From contig QHBO01000043.1 in NCBI GenBank assembly GCA_003243965.1, forward strand, positions 34,978 through 98,977: a DNA stretch of 64,000 nucleotides, written 5' to 3'. A model generated the notes under the pieces. The model was given only the letters and a program-made list of their open reading frames with translations. It did no database searches and was not told the origin of the DNA. The translations under genes were made by a program, and so were the position numbers. Shown here in pieces: positions 61,446 to 64,000 of the stretch (position 1 is its first letter; the number at the start of each line of letters is the position of its first letter). Origin of the DNA: Chloroflexota bacterium. GTDB lineage: Bacteria > Chloroflexota > Limnocylindria > QHBO01.

Positions 61446-62245
61446 GCCTCGTCCGGCGGGTCGGCCGGCGTGAACCGATAGCGAAGGTAGAGCTCATCCC
61501 CGGCGCGGTGGACGCTCACCAGGCGGCCCGCTCTGGGCTGTTCCGCGAACGGCGAGCCGCCGCTCACTGGCGAGATCATGCGCAGCGCGTCGGTCCCCAG
61601 CAGCTTGCCGGTGATGGTCAGGTACACCTCGTCGAGCGCGTCTGCGGCGAGGAAGGAGGCGTTGAGCGTCGGGCCGCCCTCGAGCAGAACCGAACCGATC
61701 CCGCGCGCCGCCAGCGCGGCGAGGATCCAGCCCGGCGCGGGTCGATCGGTCGGGGCGACGAGCAGCTCCGTCCCTTCGGGAAGCGGCGGTGCATCGGGCT
61801 CGGCAAGCGGGCTCGTGGCACCCACGATCACGATCCGGGGCGCCGGGTGGCCGAACCAGGTCGCATCCACCGGAACCGGCCGGGTGCCCGCGACCAGCAC
61901 CTCTGTCGGCTGCGACGATTGCCCGCGGCGGACGCGCAGGTCGGCGAGATCGGGCGGCACGCCGGGCCACAGCCCGCTGTCGCGCAGCGTGCCCGCCCCG
62001 CTGGCCACGGCGTCGTATGGCGCGCGCAGCCAGCGCATGAGCCTCCGATCGGTTCGCGAACTGAGACCGCTGGTCGTTCCCCGTATCTGTGCTCGCCCAT
62101 CCAGCGAGGTGACCATGTTGAGTCCCACCACGGGCCGCGGCCCCCCCGGCGGCGGCAGGCGCAGGGATCCGAGGGCGACCTCGAGCTCCAGGCCCAGGGC
62201 CGGCTCCGGCCAGAGACGGTCGATGCGCGGGCCGGGGGTGTACAT
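61436..62245 (-). CDS. RibD C-terminal domain / dihydrofolate-reductase-like family protein
   Basis: VVGLNMVTSLDGRAQ...SRTDRRLMRWLRAPYDAV..VLLEGGPTLNASFLAADALDEVYLTI is the RibD_C reductase pattern. Confidence 0.7.
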   Translation of the reverse strand: MYTPGPRIDRLWPEPALGLELEVALGSLRLPPPGGPRPVVGLNMVTSLDGRAQIRGTTSGLSSRTDRRLMRWLRAPYDAVASGAGTLRDSGLWPGVPPDLADLRVRRGQSSQPTEVLVAGTRPVPVDATWFGHPAPRIVIVGATSPLAEPDAPPLPEGTELLVAPTDRPAPGWILAALAARGIGSVLLEGGPTLNASFLAADALDEVYLTITGKLLGTDALRMISPVSGGSPFAEQPRAGRLVSVHRAGDELYLRYRFTPADPPDEAWP

Positions 62246-62273
62246 GCCGGCATGGTAGTCGCGGCGACCCGCG

Positions 62274-62684
62274 TCAGCCGCCTGGGGCGCTGTACTCCTC
62301 GGTCGACTCGAGGCCGGCGGCGTCGAGCGTCACCTGCACGCGAGACGGCGTCAGCAGGGCAACCCTGTCGGCGGCCACCATTCGGGGACGACCGCCCGCA
62401 TCGGGAGTGACGGCGATGCCGTGGAAGATGCCTTCATCGGTGCCGAGCATCTCGTCGACACGACCGATGCGATTGCCGCTCGGGTCGACGACCTCGGTGC
62501 CCGGCTGCACGTAGCTCCAGGCGACGGGGTCGTTCGGGCCGGGGAGATCCAGCTCGGAGGCGTGTGGCTCGGCGGAGCCGGTGTCGTCAGCGGTATCGCC
62601 GGGTGGCGTGGTGCGCGGCTCGGGCGGGCCGCCGCTGGTCGGCCCCGGGGTGTCGATCGACGGGTAGTTGTCGAGATCGGTCAT
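62274..62684 (-). CDS. PRC-barrel domain-containing protein (136 aa)
   Basis: Start is ATG 62684. Acidic/Pro-rich N-terminus, then GTEVVDPSGNRIGRVDEMLGTDEGIFHGIAV...VAADRV, a PRC-barrel-like pattern. The track extension overlaps the upstream gene. Confidence 0.55.
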   Translation of the reverse strand: MTDLDNYPSIDTPGPTSGGPPEPRTTPPGDTADDTGSAEPHASELDLPGPNDPVAWSYVQPGTEVVDPSGNRIGRVDEMLGTDEGIFHGIAVTPDAGGRPRMVAADRVALLTPSRVQVTLDAAGLESTEEYSAPGG

Positions 62685-62739
62685 GCGCTTGCCCACCGCA
62701 CGAGCGGTGCCACACGGCCGGGAAGGTCGTGTCGCGGAC

Positions 62740-62994
62740 TCAGTCGAAGATGCGCTCCAGGTGCCAGGTGCCGCGGATCTCGTCGAGGTAGACGGTGCAC
62801 AGCAGCCCATCGCGGGTGACGAGCTTGTAGTAGTGACGGGCGACCGGCTCCCGCCACCAGTCATCGTCGACCAGCCAGCGATTGCAGATCCCCACCTCGC
62901 CGTGGGTCACGCCGTTCAGGCGCAGCAGGGTCGGCACACCGTCGAGATCGGTCTCCACCTGGACCAGCGGATGATCGGTGTGCAGCCGGGTCAC
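62740..62994 (-). CDS. Small hypothetical protein (84 aa) translationally coupled to imuB
   Basis: GTG 62994 overlaps the imuB stop (GTGA). Sequence: VTRLHTDHPLVQVETDLDGVPTLLRLNGVTHGEVGICNRWLVDDDWWREPVARHYYKLVTRDGLLCTVYLDEIRGTWHLERIFD. No family assigned from memory. Confidence 0.6.
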   Translation of the reverse strand: MTRLHTDHPLVQVETDLDGVPTLLRLNGVTHGEVGICNRWLVDDDWWREPVARHYYKLVTRDGLLCTVYLDEIRGTWHLERIFD

Positions 62995-64000
62995 GCCAGA
63001 CCGATACCGATCAGCCGTCCGCGACGATCCGGCAGGGCCGCCACCGGGCGCTCGACGACCGACCGCCACAGGCGTCCCGTTCCGAAACGCGCCTCGATGC
63101 GCTCCAGCGACCAGCGCAGCTCCTCCCAGCGCCCCACCTGCGGATCGAAGGCGGGCAACTGCCATGCGCCAGGATTGGCGAGGCGATCGAAGGTGAGCCC
63201 GATGGCGGTGATCCGCGCCTCCTCCCGCTGGTCCTCGGCGCCGGCACGGGTCGCCTCCTCGAGGCGCCCGAGGAGAAGACGCGCAATCCAGTCCGGCTCG
63301 AGGGCCGGCTGCGGAAAGCCGAGTGTCACGCGCAGCGGCCCGCCGTCCTCCAGCGACAGCTCCACGCTCGCCCGACCCGGTGCCAGCGATCGTTCTCGGA
63401 GCGCCTCGCAGAGGCGCGCGCAGCTCTGCCGCAGGACGAGCGCGATGGCGGTCAGGCCCTCCACGGCAGGATCGAGCGGCTCGTGGTGGAAGGCACGTTC
63501 CGGACGTCGCCGAGGGACGAGCGGTCGTGGGTCGTCACCGCGGGCCAAGGCCTGGAGACGCTCGCCAACGGTGCCGAACTGCCCGCCCACCGCGGAGCGC
63601 GGAAGCGCCGCCAGCTCTCCCATCACGGTCAGGCCGAAGAGCGTGAGCCGCTGGCGCGTCGCCGGATCGGCGGGAAGGAGGCTGAGCGGCAGCTCCGCGA
63701 TTGCCTCACGTCCGCCACCCGGAGCGAAGACGTGGCAGGCAGCCGCCGCTCCGGGCCGTGACGGGCGAGCGATGCGCGCGGCGAGATGCGCCAGCCACCG
63801 GTTGTCGCCGATTCCGGCGCGGATCCGCATCGATTCCCGAGTGACCCGCGGGACCTCGCCGGAGAGCGCCACCGCCCTGGCCGCGACGCGCCGTTCGTCG
63901 CCGAACATCGGCTCGAGGCCGCTGATGTCGACCAGCGCGACCCCGTGTGCGACCGCCTCCACCCGCGGAGAGAGATCGTCGAGCCGGTCCAGGATCGCCT
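62991..64000 (-). CDS. imuB: ImuB-like Y-family polymerase homolog, C-terminal ~336 codons; the reading frame stays open to the right window edge
   Basis: The frame remains open upstream of the track start 63962 (AILDRLDDLSPRVEAV...), so the gene is 5'-truncated by the window. Little-finger/C-terminal region reads ...LPLSLLP...LTLFGLTVMGELAALP...GDDPRPL.... The call also rests on context with a LexA-boxed dnaE2. Confidence 0.6.
   Translation of the reverse strand, partial: AILDRLDDLSPRVEAVAHGVALVDISGLEPMFGDERRVAARAVALSGEVPRVTRESMRIRAGIGDNRWLAHLAARIARPSRPGAAAACHVFAPGGGREAIAELPLSLLPADPATRQRLTLFGLTVMGELAALPRSAVGGQFGTVGERLQALARGDDPRPLVPRRRPERAFHHEPLDPAVEGLTAIALVLRQSCARLCEALRERSLAPGRASVELSLEDGGPLRVTLGFPQPALEPDWIARLLLGRLEEATRAGAEDQREEARITAIGLTFDRLANPGAWQLPAFDPQVGRWEELRWSLERIEARFGTGRLWRSVVERPVAALPDRRGRLIGIGLA

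Overview
This is a high-GC, almost gap-free chromosomal segment from a Terrabacteria-type bacterium. An LLM/F420-type enzyme, a DUF5679-like mini-gene and many leaderless-looking genes suggest Actinomycetota or Chloroflexota. I support about 58 protein genes, mostly on the minus strand. I recognised no rRNA, tRNA, CRISPR array, transposase or integrase.

The backbone is housekeeping: ahcY (partial, missing from the ORF track), apt, acnA, mfd, pth and amt. A Bacillus-like conserved block follows on the minus strand: lepA-CPBP-hemW-hrcA-grpE-dnaK ... dnaJ-prmA-rsmE ... rpsU-yqeY-pgpH-ybeY. It carries two CIRCE operators and is interrupted by mscL/xthA/ycaQ and by a HIT/SRPBCC/YHS/copA copper block. 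Further genes are rpsT, a ROK-gap-pgk-eno operon, carAB, bioY and a split SOS mutasome (imuB partial ... dnaE2 with a LexA box).

Most unusual observations:
- A lower-GC three-gene island (55.1-60.3 kb) lies directly upstream of dnaE2. It encodes a small secreted protein, a 1314-aa double-FtsX permease ending in a degenerate M28-peptidase-like ectodomain, and a MacB-type ATPase.
- A membrane-anchored lamin-tail-domain protein with a duplicated OB-like module is translationally coupled to a nucleoside phosphorylase.
- dnaE2 carries a ~124-aa low-complexity insert containing a 12-nt tandem repeat.
- CarB lacks the C-terminal allosteric domain.
- MscL ends in a zinc ribbon, and S20 has a long basic tail.
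- Eight operon-leading genes have a TAnnnT box 7-10 nt before the start codon and no Shine-Dalgarno sequence, which suggests leaderless transcripts.

Many track ORFs are over-extended at the N-terminus or are antisense artefacts of the high GC content. I corrected starts using stop/start overlaps (GTGA/ATGA) and ribosome-binding sites. All family assignments come from motif recognition by eye, not from database searches.
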